In this document: in pieces, positions 15,863-24,526 of the stretch | Layout of the letters: every line of letters starts with the position of its first letter | Numbering within the stretch: the first letter of the stretch is position 1 | Assembly: GCF_000253055.1 (NCBI RefSeq) | Contig: NC_016070.1 | Location: 1,440,001-1,472,000 of the forward strand | Direction of reading: 5' to 3' | Source of the DNA: Thermoproteus tenax Kra 1 | GTDB taxonomy: Archaea > Thermoproteota > Thermoprotei > Thermoproteales > Thermoproteaceae | DNA: 32,000 bases | The notes under the pieces: generated by a model | Seen by the model: only the letters and a program-made list of their open reading frames with translations | Told to the model about the DNA's origin: nothing | The model's database searches: none | Position numbers and translations under genes: made by a program

Positions 15863-16057
15863 GTGTCCGAAGAGCTAGAGAAGATAGCCAAAACTATAGT
15901 CGTCAACCTTAGATCCATCGACGAACTGATAAAACAGGGAAGGAAAGAGGAAGCTAAAAAGATCTTTAAGGAAACTAAAAAATTGGCTATAGAGAGGAAG
16001 CTCTACAGAGGCTTCTCTGGGCTCTTCAGAAGAGCCGAGCGCCTTATAGAGGGCTAG
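15863..16057 (+). CDS. Hypothetical 64-aa Lys/Glu-rich helical protein
   Basis: GTG start with a correctly spaced TATA box. The ORF is short with no recognised family. Its 3' end overlaps the UPF0179 gene by 14 nt. Confidence 0.4.
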   Translation: MSEELEKIAKTIVVNLRSIDELIKQGRKEEAKKIFKETKKLAIERKLYRGFSGLFRRAERLIEG

Positions 16058-16469
16058 CCTCAACTAGGTAAAACTCTCTGTTTTTACACTGAGATTTTCC
16101 CAAAATCTTAAGGACTAACACCTTCTCGCCCGGCCTCAGCACCTCTCTGTCCGGGCAATTCTCACATCCCTTGCACTCTTCCTCGTAGGTCACAACGACG
16201 CCTTCCAGAGCCTTGTTCCTGGGCAACAGCAACCTTATGGGCATCTCCTCGGCTGCAACCGGCACCATTTCATCGCCTGTGATTTTGCATCGTTGCCCCA
16301 ACGAAGGCCTTACCTCAACTACTCTGTAAGTTCTGCCGACTCTGAGCCTTCCCATACATACTGAGAATAGTTTACAACTAGTACACTCCTCAGGTATCTT
16401 CAGGACTTTGAACCTATGCCCCAGCTCTGCCTGTTCCTTAGAAACCATAGTGATGACTACGCGGCCCAT
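16044..16469 (-). CDS. UPF0179 family protein (Cys-rich, archaeal)
   Basis: 141 aa. PEECTSCKLFSVCMGRLRVGRTYRVVEVRP plus the second Cys cluster CKGCENCPD matches my recollection of the UPF0179 family. Confidence 0.7.
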   Translation of the reverse strand: MGRVVITMVSKEQAELGHRFKVLKIPEECTSCKLFSVCMGRLRVGRTYRVVEVRPSLGQRCKITGDEMVPVAAEEMPIRLLLPRNKALEGVVVTYEEECKGCENCPDREVLRPGEKVLVLKILGKSQCKNREFYLVEASPL

Positions 16470-16487
16470 GCCGAGACTACTGAGCTG

Positions 16488-16497
16488 AATTTTTATT
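16488..16497 (-). promoter_or_regulatory. TATA-like box for the UPF0179 gene
   Basis: AATAAAAATT on the - strand is centred about 24 nt upstream of the ATG at 16469. Confidence 0.4.
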
Positions 16498-16528
16498 GTT
16501 AAGCGGGCGTGAAAATTTATTGACTAGC

Positions 16529-17473
16529 ATGGGAGATCACGTGTCTATTGTGGCGTTGATTGAGCTTTATAACTCGCTGGATAAGTTAGATCTAAGAGTA
16601 TTGAGGGTCTTAGAGGTGGCGCACTCCAGATACCAGTATGTTCCCTACAAGCTTATAGTTAAGTATATGGATGCCGACGAGAGGAAGGTCGGTCTGGCGC
16701 TATCTAAGCTCAACAAGCTCAAATTAGTACAGAGGGCTAAGAGCTCATATGAGGGGTACAGATTGACTTTCAACTCTTATGACATATTGGCAATTCATAC
16801 TTTAAGGAAGGCTGGGAAGCTGTTATCCCTCTCGCCTACGCCCATAGGAGTAGGCAAGGAGTCTGTGGTATACGCCGGCGAGACCCCGAGCGGCCTTAGA
16901 GTGGCCGTCAAGCTCCATAGGACTGGCACATCCTCTTTTGTTCATGTAAGGAAGTTGCGTATATTTCTGGGCAAGAGGAGGCATCTAACTAGGCTGTATG
17001 AGGCCAGACTCTCGGCCTATATGGAGTATGCGGCGTTGGATGCTATCTTCAGCGAAGGCGGCAGTGTACCGGAGCCTATAGCGTATAATAGACATGCGGT
17101 GGTCATGAGGTATGTGGACGGAATAGAGGCCTATAGGGCTGCGGAGGTGTCCGATGCTTATATAGACGACGTTAAACAGACTATGGAGATTGCTCTGCGC
17201 AACGGCATTATCCACGGCGATCTTACTCCCTATAATATACTGTTAGGCGACAGAGCCTATGTTATCGACTGGCCTCAGTGGGTGCCTGTCACGCATCCAA
17301 ATGCTAATGATATTTTAAATAGAGATTTATATAATATTTATAATTATTTCTCTAAATTTAATAAGAAAATAAATATAGAAGAAATATTGAATATATTTGA
17401 TCGAGTAAAAGAAAGTATGACGATCAAGGCCAGGTTGAGCGAACTGGTGCACAAATTTATCGAGAGCTTATGA
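16529..17473 (+). CDS. rio2: Rio2-type atypical serine protein kinase with N-terminal winged-helix domain
   Basis: The winged helix is YQYVPYKLIVKYM ... LSKLNKLKLVQR ... YEGYRLT. Kinase motifs are IGVGKESVVY, VAVKLHR, IIHGDLTPYNILL and VIDWPQ. The track ORF starts at TTG 16496. ATG 16529 and GTG 16541 are the plausible starts; the latter lies 24 nt from the TATA-like AAAATTTATT at 16512-16521. Confidence 0.9.
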   Translation: MGDHVSIVALIELYNSLDKLDLRVLRVLEVAHSRYQYVPYKLIVKYMDADERKVGLALSKLNKLKLVQRAKSSYEGYRLTFNSYDILAIHTLRKAGKLLSLSPTPIGVGKESVVYAGETPSGLRVAVKLHRTGTSSFVHVRKLRIFLGKRRHLTRLYEARLSAYMEYAALDAIFSEGGSVPEPIAYNRHAVVMRYVDGIEAYRAAEVSDAYIDDVKQTMEIALRNGIIHGDLTPYNILLGDRAYVIDWPQWVPVTHPNANDILNRDLYNIYNYFSKFNKKINIEEILNIFDRVKESMTIKARLSELVHKFIESL

Positions 17474-19236
17474 GGATCCTCGGCCTTGATATAGCGCCTC
17501 AAAATAGATTCGCCTATACGATCGTCGAGGATGGAAAGCTGATTGACCAAGGATACGCCGAGGCGCCCGCCCTATTGAAGGTAATAAAGGATCACAAGCC
17601 TGGAGTAATAGCATTGGACAGTCTGTCCGAGTTGGTAGAATACGGTAAAATAATAATAAAGGCCCTGGGCCATCTCCCCTTCAATATAGACGTAATCGAG
17701 GTAACGAGGGAGGCCAACGCCAGTGTTCCCACGGAGGTCTTAGTGAGGAGGAATTTCGGTATCAATAGGGACAAACTGGACCCTCTGGAGACATCATACT
17801 ATCTGGCCCTATTGGCTGAAAAAGGTGTCGGAGCCAGAATAAAGCTCTTTGAGGAGGAGACCATAATCCTAATAAAAAGGAGGACCTCCACGGCGCCGGG
17901 CGGTATGAGCAGAAACAGATACATGCGCAACATAAAACACAGAATAAGAGAGCTCGCTGAGAAGATATCTAGGCGGCTCGATGAGGCCGGCTTTGATTAT
18001 GATCTATTCTTCAAGGAGGAGTCGGGGGATGTCTCTTCGGCTAAGTTCGTGGTATATGCAAGAAGAGATCTTGTGAGGAGATTCGTCAAGCCCATGAGGG
18101 CCTCGGATGTAGTAGTCACAGTATATTCTGAGCCGGCGAAGCGGTATGGACAAGAGAGAAGCGATTTACACGTGATAGTTGGCATAGACCCAGGCATCGT
18201 AACCGGTCTCGCCATAGTGGACTTGAACGGTAGAGTCCTGCACACCGAGGCGAAGAGGAATTTATCGAGGGGCGAGGCGCTGAGGAGGATCTACCAATGG
18301 GGGATCCCCGTAGTCGTAGCAACCGACGTAACTCCTCCACCTGAGTATGTCAAGAAACTTGCGGCTATGTGTGGGGCCGTAGTCTACGCGCCCGATAGAG
18401 ATCTTGCGGTGTCTGAGAAAAGCGCGATAGTGGAGAAGATAAACTATCCGACATCAACAACGCACGAGCGAGACGCGCTGGCCGCTGCATATAAAGCTTT
18501 TTATGAGTATAAAGATAAATTCAATAAACTAGAAAAAGACTTTAAAGTAATATTAAATGATAAACTATTAGAAAAAGCAAAAATATTAATAATAAAAGGT
18601 AAACCAATAGCTCAAGCCGTCGCAGAAGTCCTTAAGATGTCGTACGACACCGAGAGGACTAAAATCGTGTATGTCCCAATAGAGAGACCGTGTAGAGATC
18701 AAGACGAGAATCTAAGGAGGAGGATAGCCGCTTTGGAGTACGAAAAGGCGCAGTTAGAGAAAGAGCTATATGAACTGAGGGAGAGGCTATCTTCGTTGTC
18801 GAGAGCGTTGACCGATTCGCTGTGGAGAGACTTTAAATATAGAGAACTACAAAGACGTATAGAAGATTTAACAAAATCAATAAATGAATGTGAAGAAGAA
18901 AAAAATAGAATAATGGAAAATATTATAGAAATAATACAAGGCCTACTTAGCGGGAGGTATAAGATGTACGATGAGAACGATATTGTAGAGTGTAGAAAGA
19001 CAGGCGCCGGGGCTATATGTAGGGACTTAGCCAACTTGGAGGACGCGGTGAGATCGGGCATAATGGGCGTACCAGTAAATTTAGTATTAAGATATAAAAT
19101 TGGAACATATTACATAATAGATGAATTGAAAAGAAAGGAATTATTAGAAAAAATTAAAGAACAATATTATAATAAGGAAATTGATTTAAAGAAGATAATT
19201 GAGGAATACAGAAGGCGCCTCCCAGACCTAAAATAG
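17470..19236 (+). CDS. DUF460/COG2433-like protein: two RNase H-fold (RuvC/YqgF-like) modules plus long coiled coil
   Basis: 588 aa, with an ATGA overlap with rio2. [10 protein letters not shown] at the N-terminus and [20 protein letters not shown] near aa 225 resemble the first strand of RuvC/YqgF-type nucleases. Heptad-rich Glu/Lys/Arg/Leu segments span about aa 410-480 and 550-588. Confidence 0.7.
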   Translation: MRILGLDIAPQNRFAYTIVEDGKLIDQGYAEAPALLKVIKDHKPGVIALDSLSELVEYGKIIIKALGHLPFNIDVIEVTREANASVPTEVLVRRNFGINRDKLDPLETSYYLALLAEKGVGARIKLFEEETIILIKRRTSTAPGGMSRNRYMRNIKHRIRELAEKISRRLDEAGFDYDLFFKEESGDVSSAKFVVYARRDLVRRFVKPMRASDVVVTVYSEPAKRYGQERSDLHVIVGIDPGIVTGLAIVDLNGRVLHTEAKRNLSRGEALRRIYQWGIPVVVATDVTPPPEYVKKLAAMCGAVVYAPDRDLAVSEKSAIVEKINYPTSTTHERDALAAAYKAFYEYKDKFNKLEKDFKVILNDKLLEKAKILIIKGKPIAQAVAEVLKMSYDTERTKIVYVPIERPCRDQDENLRRRIAALEYEKAQLEKELYELRERLSSLSRALTDSLWRDFKYRELQRRIEDLTKSINECEEEKNRIMENIIEIIQGLLSGRYKMYDENDIVECRKTGAGAICRDLANLEDAVRSGIMGVPVNLVLRYKIGTYYIIDELKRKELLEKIKEQYYNKEIDLKKIIEEYRRRLPDLK

Positions 19237-20439
19237 GCTTACCTTGCCCTCTAGGACCAACTGAGTTATCCCGGTCACTCTGGCGAGCTCCTCTGCGGCT
19301 ATCGCCTCTATTTCTCGCTTCATCTCGCTCGATACGACGCCGCCCTCTGGTATGAGTTCAACGTTGAGTATCTTGGGCTCAGTAATGGGTCTACCTATCT
19401 GGCTGACGACCTCCACGGAGACTTCGACTACTCCCTTGACTTCTTTGTATATTCTGTCGGCGATTTTCTGGGCCAGTATATTATATATCTTGCCCACGTG
19501 CGATACAGGATTCTTACCCGCCGCCGCCTCCATGGACATTACTCTCATGGGCGTGATTAGGCCGTTTGCCCTGTTACCTCTTCCGGTCATGCCGTCATCT
19601 CCATGCTCGGCGCTTGTTCCAGTCACAGTTAGATAGTATATGTTGTGCTCGGGTTTGTCGGCCGTATTGACGTCCACCGATACGTTGTAGCCAGGCGCTA
19701 TCTTAGATGCTAGATCTTCCACCCTCCTTTTGACCTCCTCCTTAACTGAGAGATAGTGGTCTTTATCTTTTACCAGAGAGCTTATCATGGCCGCAGCTAT
19801 GGTTATCTTGACGTCCCTTTCCACTCTCACGCCCATAACCTTGACGTCCTCGCCCACCTCGGGCAACCTTGACTTAAACTCTGCTGAGTTTAGAGTTCGC
19901 TCAATTTGATAAACTAGAGTCTCGAGAGTAGAGAGAGGAGCATAGCCCACTCCAATAGACGTATCATTGGCCAGAGGTATGGACTTGGCGCCTAAATCGT
20001 ATACGCCCGTGAGATCGGCCGAGCCTTGCCCGATTCTATAGTCGATGACTACGTGTCTCTCCGGGTCCAAGAAGCGGAAGTGGTCTCTTATCCACCTCTT
20101 TGCGGCCTCAAGGATGATGGGACCTATGGGGACCTTCTCGGTCTCGTTGCCCCTCCTCACCTCGACAGTTGCTCTGCCGGATACAATTATATAAATCGGC
20201 TGAATGACCTCGCCGCCGCCAAAGACAGGCCTGGCCTGTCCGCCGACTACTAAAGTCTTATCTAGGTTGTGGTGAAGTATAAGGCCGTACTTCTTTAGGT
20301 AATAATTGGATAGGAAGACGCTGGCGTACTCGGAGATACCGTCAGCTATATAATCGGGGTGTCCAACGCCCTTTCGCTCTACGATCTCCACACGTTGTTG
20401 TTCAACAGGTATTCTGTTGGCCTTTGTTACTGTTATCAT
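19228..20439 (-). CDS. mat: S-adenosylmethionine synthetase, archaeal type
   Basis: 403 aa with [34 protein letters not shown] and [18 protein letters not shown]. These are typical of archaeal MAT. Confidence 0.95.
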   Translation of the reverse strand: MITVTKANRIPVEQQRVEIVERKGVGHPDYIADGISEYASVFLSNYYLKKYGLILHHNLDKTLVVGGQARPVFGGGEVIQPIYIIVSGRATVEVRRGNETEKVPIGPIILEAAKRWIRDHFRFLDPERHVVIDYRIGQGSADLTGVYDLGAKSIPLANDTSIGVGYAPLSTLETLVYQIERTLNSAEFKSRLPEVGEDVKVMGVRVERDVKITIAAAMISSLVKDKDHYLSVKEEVKRRVEDLASKIAPGYNVSVDVNTADKPEHNIYYLTVTGTSAEHGDDGMTGRGNRANGLITPMRVMSMEAAAGKNPVSHVGKIYNILAQKIADRIYKEVKGVVEVSVEVVSQIGRPITEPKILNVELIPEGGVVSSEMKREIEAIAAEELARVTGITQLVLEGKVSLF

Positions 20440-20696
20440 GCTGCCGCCTCTTCGCTCGATATATAGATTATTTGGCTTCCTCTTATAAGTATTCTCCCAT
20501 ACCTCATCTTTGCATTGCCAACTTTATCTAGCTCCTCTGCGTTATCTAGAACTAAGTTCATACATGAATCGTATATGCTTAAGACGCCTCTAACGACGAC
20601 ATCTCCCTTTAATCTAGCCACTACGACTTTATTAACCATCTTGGACAGCACCTTTAGCGGCGAGGGCAATTTCAACTGCTGGGCTTTATTAGACAT
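20436..20696 (-). CDS. Sm-like (LSm) archaeal protein
   Basis: 86 aa. The Sm1 motif is [31 protein letters not shown] and the Sm2 motif is [13 protein letters not shown]. The stop overlaps the MAT start as ATGA. Confidence 0.85.
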   Translation of the reverse strand: MSNKAQQLKLPSPLKVLSKMVNKVVVARLKGDVVVRGVLSIYDSCMNLVLDNAEELDKVGNAKMRYGRILIRGSQIIYISSEEAAA

Positions 20697-20717
20697 GCAA
20701 GACCCCCTTAGTTGGCT

Positions 20718-20725
20718 TAATAAAA
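20718..20725 (-). promoter_or_regulatory. TATA-like box for the Sm-MAT unit
   Basis: TTTTATTA on the - strand is centred about 25 nt upstream of the ATG at 20696. Confidence 0.45.
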
Positions 20726-20740
20726 TTTTACGCTAAAGTG

Positions 20741-20938
20741 CTACCTACTTTCGAACTGTAGAACGTCGTCGATCCAGTCCACATGGGCCAACAAAGTTCG
20801 GCGGCAACAGTATCTATCGACTCCTAGATCGTCGAGCACTCTGGCTGGGTCCTCGCCAGCAAGGACCCTCCTTCTGAGCGGCTCCCAGAGATGCCCCAGA
20901 GGCCTTCCACATGTAAAACAACGTAGTGGAGCCATCAT
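20741..20938 (-). CDS. rpoN: DNA-directed RNA polymerase subunit N (Rpo10)
   Basis: 65 aa with [12 protein letters not shown] ... [12 protein letters not shown], the zinc-binding pattern of RpoN/RPB10. Confidence 0.95.
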   Translation of the reverse strand: MMAPLRCFTCGRPLGHLWEPLRRRVLAGEDPARVLDDLGVDRYCCRRTLLAHVDWIDDVLQFESR

Positions 20939-20941
20939 GTG

Positions 20942-21400
20942 TTAACGGTACGCCTTCTGTCTCTTTGATCTTGCGTGTTTAAGCCCAGGCTTCTTGGGCT
21001 CGGTTCTCCGCGGATCACCCTTTATCATATATGGATCATACATTAGATAGATCTCTCTGAGCTTCTCGTCGTCGAAATATCTCACAAGGCCTCTCGCTAT
21101 GGCCATTCTGACCGCAGTAGCTTGGCCCATGAAGCCTCCGCCTCTTACCTCGACCTCAATATCCACTCTATTGGCTAGTGCGCCGGCCAGATATAGCGGC
21201 TCTGCCATCTTCTGGCGCGCCATCTCAATGGGCCAGAGCTCCAGCGGATATCCGTTTATCCTAACCCTCCCAACTCCGGGCTTTATCAACGCGCGGGCTA
21301 TCGCAGTCTTCTTTTTGCCGACTGCAATAACCACGCGAGGCGACTCTTGTGCTACGTAGGCGCCCGGAACGTGTTGTTTCTCAGAGGGCTCCAACGTCAT
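20942..21400 (-). CDS. rps9: 30S ribosomal protein S9 (uS9)
   Basis: GKKKTAIARALIKPGVGRVRINGYP ... GGGFMGQATAVRMAIARGL ... PRRTEPKKPGLKHARSKRQKAYR. The start is placed at ATG 21400, which forms an ATGA overlap with the L13 stop. The track ORF extends to 21481. Confidence 0.92.
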   Translation of the reverse strand: MTLEPSEKQHVPGAYVAQESPRVVIAVGKKKTAIARALIKPGVGRVRINGYPLELWPIEMARQKMAEPLYLAGALANRVDIEVEVRGGGFMGQATAVRMAIARGLVRYFDDEKLREIYLMYDPYMIKGDPRRTEPKKPGLKHARSKRQKAYR

Positions 21401-21921
21401 TGACCCTCTGTTGTTTGTTGTCTTAATAACTTCTGCGCCTCTTTCCATTTGTTCCAAGCCCTTGGATCTATCAAGCTCCATAGCTCCTCCAACGTAATAT
21501 ACTTATACAGAGGCTTAGCCCTTATGAGTGCATCGGGCACTCGGTATACCTCTCCGCTTAGATCTTGGGGTCTGGACAGGTAAACCCTCAAACGTTTCAA
21601 GGCCGATCTACCCCTCTGTTTCTTGTACTCAAGCATATCTCTTACTATCCTCTTGAATATCTTGTCAGGCCTCCTCGGCACTTTTGGCCCTACTTTCTCT
21701 GGGTTATAGTGAGTCCTCCACTCCGAGACCTTCCTCATGTACCATCTGACTACCATCTGCCTATCACCTACTATTACAGCCCTATCTATATTTATAACCA
21801 CGACGCTCACGTCAGGCCTGCTCTGGAGCAATTTTGCAATATAGCTTGCCAGCCTGCCTACAACATGATTGGTAGCGTCAATGACTATTGTGCCCTCGTT
21901 CGACCTCGCGGGCCCAGTCAT
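21397..21921 (-). CDS. rpl13: 50S ribosomal protein L13 (uL13)
   Basis: 174 aa with VIDATNHVVGRLASYIAKLL ... VVVINIDRAVIVG ... IFKRIVRDMLEYKKQRGRSALKRLRVY. Confidence 0.93.
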   Translation of the reverse strand: MTGPARSNEGTIVIDATNHVVGRLASYIAKLLQSRPDVSVVVINIDRAVIVGDRQMVVRWYMRKVSEWRTHYNPEKVGPKVPRRPDKIFKRIVRDMLEYKKQRGRSALKRLRVYLSRPQDLSGEVYRVPDALIRAKPLYKYITLEELWSLIDPRAWNKWKEAQKLLRQQTTEGQ

Positions 21922-22286
21922 ATTACTATCTTGACGCGGCTCCCTTTGGGGTTTCTTCTTACAAGTTCTGGAATCGACACAAGTTCTCCGCCGGCTCTTA
22001 ATACGGACTCTGCCGCCGATTTCGTTGCGCTGAGCACAGCCACGGTTACTCTCTTTTCCAATTTACCTGCGCCGAGAAGCTTGCCTGGGATGACAACTAT
22101 ATCGCCGTCGGAGGCTAATCTATCGACTTTCCCAATGTTGACCGCGACGCGCCTCCTCCTGGGTCTTTCTATTAATTCTGCGAGATACGACCATATAGGC
22201 GCATCGTTCTTCCTAGAGGCTATCCTCAGAAATCTAACGAGCGTCCTCAGCCTCATATCAGTGGGGCCTGTGGGATTAGGCGGCAC
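21918..22286 (-). CDS. rpl18e: 50S ribosomal protein L18e (eL18)
   Basis: 122 aa, GTG start. RPRRRRVAVNIGKVDRLASDGDIVVIPGKLLGAGKL ... VAVLSATKSAAESV. ATGA overlap with L13. Confidence 0.9.
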   Translation of the reverse strand: MPPNPTGPTDMRLRTLVRFLRIASRKNDAPIWSYLAELIERPRRRRVAVNIGKVDRLASDGDIVVIPGKLLGAGKLEKRVTVAVLSATKSAAESVLRAGGELVSIPELVRRNPKGSRVKIVI

Positions 22287-22305
22287 GCCGTCTCTTATCG
22301 AGATA

Positions 22306-22313
22306 TATTTAAA
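22306..22313 (-). promoter_or_regulatory. TATA-like box for the L18e-L13-S9-rpoN unit
   Basis: TTTAAATA on the - strand overlaps the rpoD stop codon and is centred about 24 nt upstream of the GTG at 22286. Confidence 0.5.
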
Positions 22314-23154
22314 CGTTCTCAGCTTTAGAGCCCTCCTCTACGGCTGTAGCCGATGCTCTATTTACGACCTCTCTCTCTAGCGATTCTAGGAACGTACTGA
22401 ACTTGACTTTGAGTACGCGGAATGTCTCTTTCAACATATCATTAATACTCATGTTGCCATACGATTCAAACATCATTATATATTTATATTTATCCCAATC
22501 AACAATTAAAATTCCATTACATAAACTTTCACATGTCTTTAATTTTCCAAAAGTACACTGATATAGATCGACCTCTTTGAGCGTATTCCCAAACGCCTTT
22601 GGACATACATTTTTACATATTTTGAGACAGTTCTCGTCATCCTTTACGATGGTTACTTTGGGGAAATAGTAATATGTGGCAAGGCCGGCCTGCCATTTGG
22701 CGTGCTCCCTCGCTCTGCCAAGACGCGCATAAGCCTCTATAGAGATCGATTGGCCCTTAGCCAACTTCACTATGGGCATCTCGGGATATACCGGCTTGAC
22801 TCCAGGATGCTCCGAGATTAGATCGCCTGCATACACAGTCCTGGCCTCTTCAGCAGTGACTTGGAGAGTCAGCCTTACGGTACATTCGGCTGGGTCAACC
22901 AGGCCGCTCTCACACTCCTCAATCTTGGGGAACTCGCCCAACGGGGTAGTTAGAGGAATGAGCCCGATCCTATGGGCCAACATCTCGTCGTACATAGACG
23001 ACGTGTTGTTTATTATAATAACTTGATCTACGGCGAAGACTGGGACTTCTGATATTACTGCGCGTCTTATGGAGTTTACGAGAGAGGGCTTGGCTCCCTC
23101 TATATATGCCCTCAGCCGTAGATTATCGCGCTCTAAGACCTTTGCGTGAGGCAT
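22309..23154 (-). CDS. rpoD: DNA-directed RNA polymerase subunit D (Rpo3)
   Basis: 281 aa. NSIRRAVISEVPVFAVDQVIIINNTS ... DEMLAHRIGLIPL, plus an internal Cys-rich (Fe-S-type) insertion CLKICKNVCP ... CTFGKLKTCESLC. The ATG overlaps the S12 TAA by 1 nt. Confidence 0.93.
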   Translation of the reverse strand: MPHAKVLERDNLRLRAYIEGAKPSLVNSIRRAVISEVPVFAVDQVIIINNTSSMYDEMLAHRIGLIPLTTPLGEFPKIEECESGLVDPAECTVRLTLQVTAEEARTVYAGDLISEHPGVKPVYPEMPIVKLAKGQSISIEAYARLGRAREHAKWQAGLATYYYFPKVTIVKDDENCLKICKNVCPKAFGNTLKEVDLYQCTFGKLKTCESLCNGILIVDWDKYKYIMMFESYGNMSINDMLKETFRVLKVKFSTFLESLEREVVNRASATAVEEGSKAENV

Positions 23155-23597
23155 TAACGAGTAGGCTTCTGCTTTTTACCTCTTAGTATAGCGATGAGGG
23201 ATACGCCGTTGACCTTGGTGACCTTGAACCTTATGCCGGGTATATCGCCGAGCGAGCGCCCCTCGGGCCCTCCTATACGTTCTATTATCACTTCATCGTG
23301 TTCATTTATGAGGTTAAGACCGCCATCGTACGGCACAAAGGCCGTGACTACCTTGCCGTTTTTGACTAACTGGACTCTCACACATTTGCGGACGGCGGCG
23401 TTCGGCTTACGCGCCTCCACTCCCACCTTCTCCAACACTATCCCCCGGGCCATGGGAGCGCCCTCTAGAGGATCGTACTTTTCAGCTATCTTCAAGATCT
23501 TCCTCTTATAGGTTACATCGTTCCATCTGAACCTCCTCCTCTTTTCCTTAAGCCTCCTTGCAGCGAAGAGCCCGACCGGCGACTTCTTGCCAGGCAC
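23154..23597 (-). CDS. rps12: 30S ribosomal protein S12 (uS12)
   Basis: 147 aa, GTG start. [48 protein letters not shown] ... [10 protein letters not shown]. Confidence 0.95.
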   Translation of the reverse strand: MPGKKSPVGLFAARRLKEKRRRFRWNDVTYKRKILKIAEKYDPLEGAPMARGIVLEKVGVEARKPNAAVRKCVRVQLVKNGKVVTAFVPYDGGLNLINEHDEVIIERIGGPEGRSLGDIPGIRFKVTKVNGVSLIAILRGKKQKPTR

Positions 23598-23617
23598 GAC
23601 CCCTCACTAAACGGGCG

Positions 23618-23625
23618 TATATAAA
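23618..23625 (-). promoter_or_regulatory. TATA box for the S12-rpoD unit
   Basis: AAACTTTATATACG on the - strand has its TATA centred about 24 nt upstream of the GTG at 23597. The same 14-mer occurs upstream of L30e. Confidence 0.55.
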
Positions 23626-23652
23626 GTTTAATTGAAGGACAGTCCCTCTGAG

Positions 23653-24087
23653 CTACGCCAAAACGACTCTATCTACGTCGTAGTATCTCTTGGCCAGCAA
23701 CTTTGCTTTCGCTATATTCCTTCCATTCTTGCCGATGGCAATACCCTTATCTGAGGGCGCCACCGTGGTAATTGCCACTAAATTACCTGACGGCGACTTT
23801 GTGACCTTCACGGCGATGACCTTAGCGGGATAGAGGCTGTTTTTTATCAGCTCCTCAGGCGTGTCTGCGTATTCGACAACCTCCACATCTTTCCCTATTA
23901 TCTGCTTTAACATCCTCACGTTGTTGCCGCCCTTACCTACAGCTAAAGCAGCCTGGCTCTTTCCCACTACAAATATTATTCTATTGTAGCTGTTATCAAT
24001 GACTACGTCGATGGGCGTTACGCCGGTCATCGACTCAAAAAGCGTGGCGTAACGTATCTCTTCGTCAGTCAGCCTTATGTCAGGCAT
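23653..24087 (-). CDS. nusA: Archaeal NusA-like protein (two KH domains)
   Basis: 144 aa with the KH GXXG motifs [11 protein letters not shown] and [14 protein letters not shown]. It holds the conserved position between L30e and S12. Confidence 0.9.
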   Translation of the reverse strand: MPDIRLTDEEIRYATLFESMTGVTPIDVVIDNSYNRIIFVVGKSQAALAVGKGGNNVRMLKQIIGKDVEVVEYADTPEELIKNSLYPAKVIAVKVTKSPSGNLVAITTVAPSDKGIAIGKNGRNIAKAKLLAKRYYDVDRVVLA

Positions 24088-24394
24088 GGCCCACCAGTTT
24101 CAATATCTCGCTCTGGCCTGGCTCTATTATGGACATGGCCGATATCTTGAACGGTTTTCGTACGGCTGCGCCTAGCTCTAGGCTAGATCCAGGGAATATA
24201 AATATTGGGACTCCAGCTAGCTTTGCATAGTACTCAAGGTCATTTTTTACAGCGATCGGCGCGTTGGCGGCTATTATGACCATCTTGGACTGTCCAGCCA
24301 GTATAGATCTCTTAGTGCTCTTGTAGCCGACAAGAACCCTGCCGGTCGTCACTGCGACTTGGAGCTCCCTAGATATATCAACCGATACACTCAC
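24080..24394 (-). CDS. rpl30e: 50S ribosomal protein L30e (eL30)
   Basis: [22 protein letters not shown] ... MVIIAANAP ... [28 protein letters not shown]. The start is placed at GTG 24394, 24 nt downstream of a TATA box. The track ORF begins at TTG 24451 and would include the promoter. Confidence 0.88.
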   Translation of the reverse strand: MSVSVDISRELQVAVTTGRVLVGYKSTKRSILAGQSKMVIIAANAPIAVKNDLEYYAKLAGVPIFIFPGSSLELGAAVRKPFKISAMSIIEPGQSEILKLVGHA

Positions 24395-24414
24395 GGCCGT
24401 GAGGAACAATACCG

Positions 24415-24422
24415 TATATAAA
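24415..24422 (-). promoter_or_regulatory. TATA box for the L30e-nusA unit
   Basis: AAACTTTATATACG on the - strand is centred about 24 nt upstream of the GTG at 24394. Confidence 0.55.
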
Positions 24423-24468
24423 GTTTGATCCCCCTTGTTCAGCCAATACAATTAGAATAATACTTAAG

Positions 24469-24515
24469 AAAAAAATTAATTATAAAATTTCTTTCTAGTA
24501 AGATTTATTAAAAAA
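24469..24515 (-). terminator. Oligo-T tracts downstream of rpoA2 (candidate archaeal intrinsic terminators)
   Basis: On the - strand there is a T6 run (24510-24515) and a T7 run (24469-24475), 12-58 nt after the rpoA2 TAG. They lie inside a ~100-bp AT-rich spacer. Confidence 0.4.
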
Positions 24516-24526
24516 TATGTTATTTA

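Noticed and set aside
21565-22380. 271-aa plus-strand ORF antisense to L13/L18e, and similar shadows at 2086-2604, 8663-9076, 9830-10192, 10472-10822, 28815-29282, 30641-31046 and 31479-31787
   Set aside because: All of them lie opposite strongly conserved genes and show antisense-type composition. None has family signatures.
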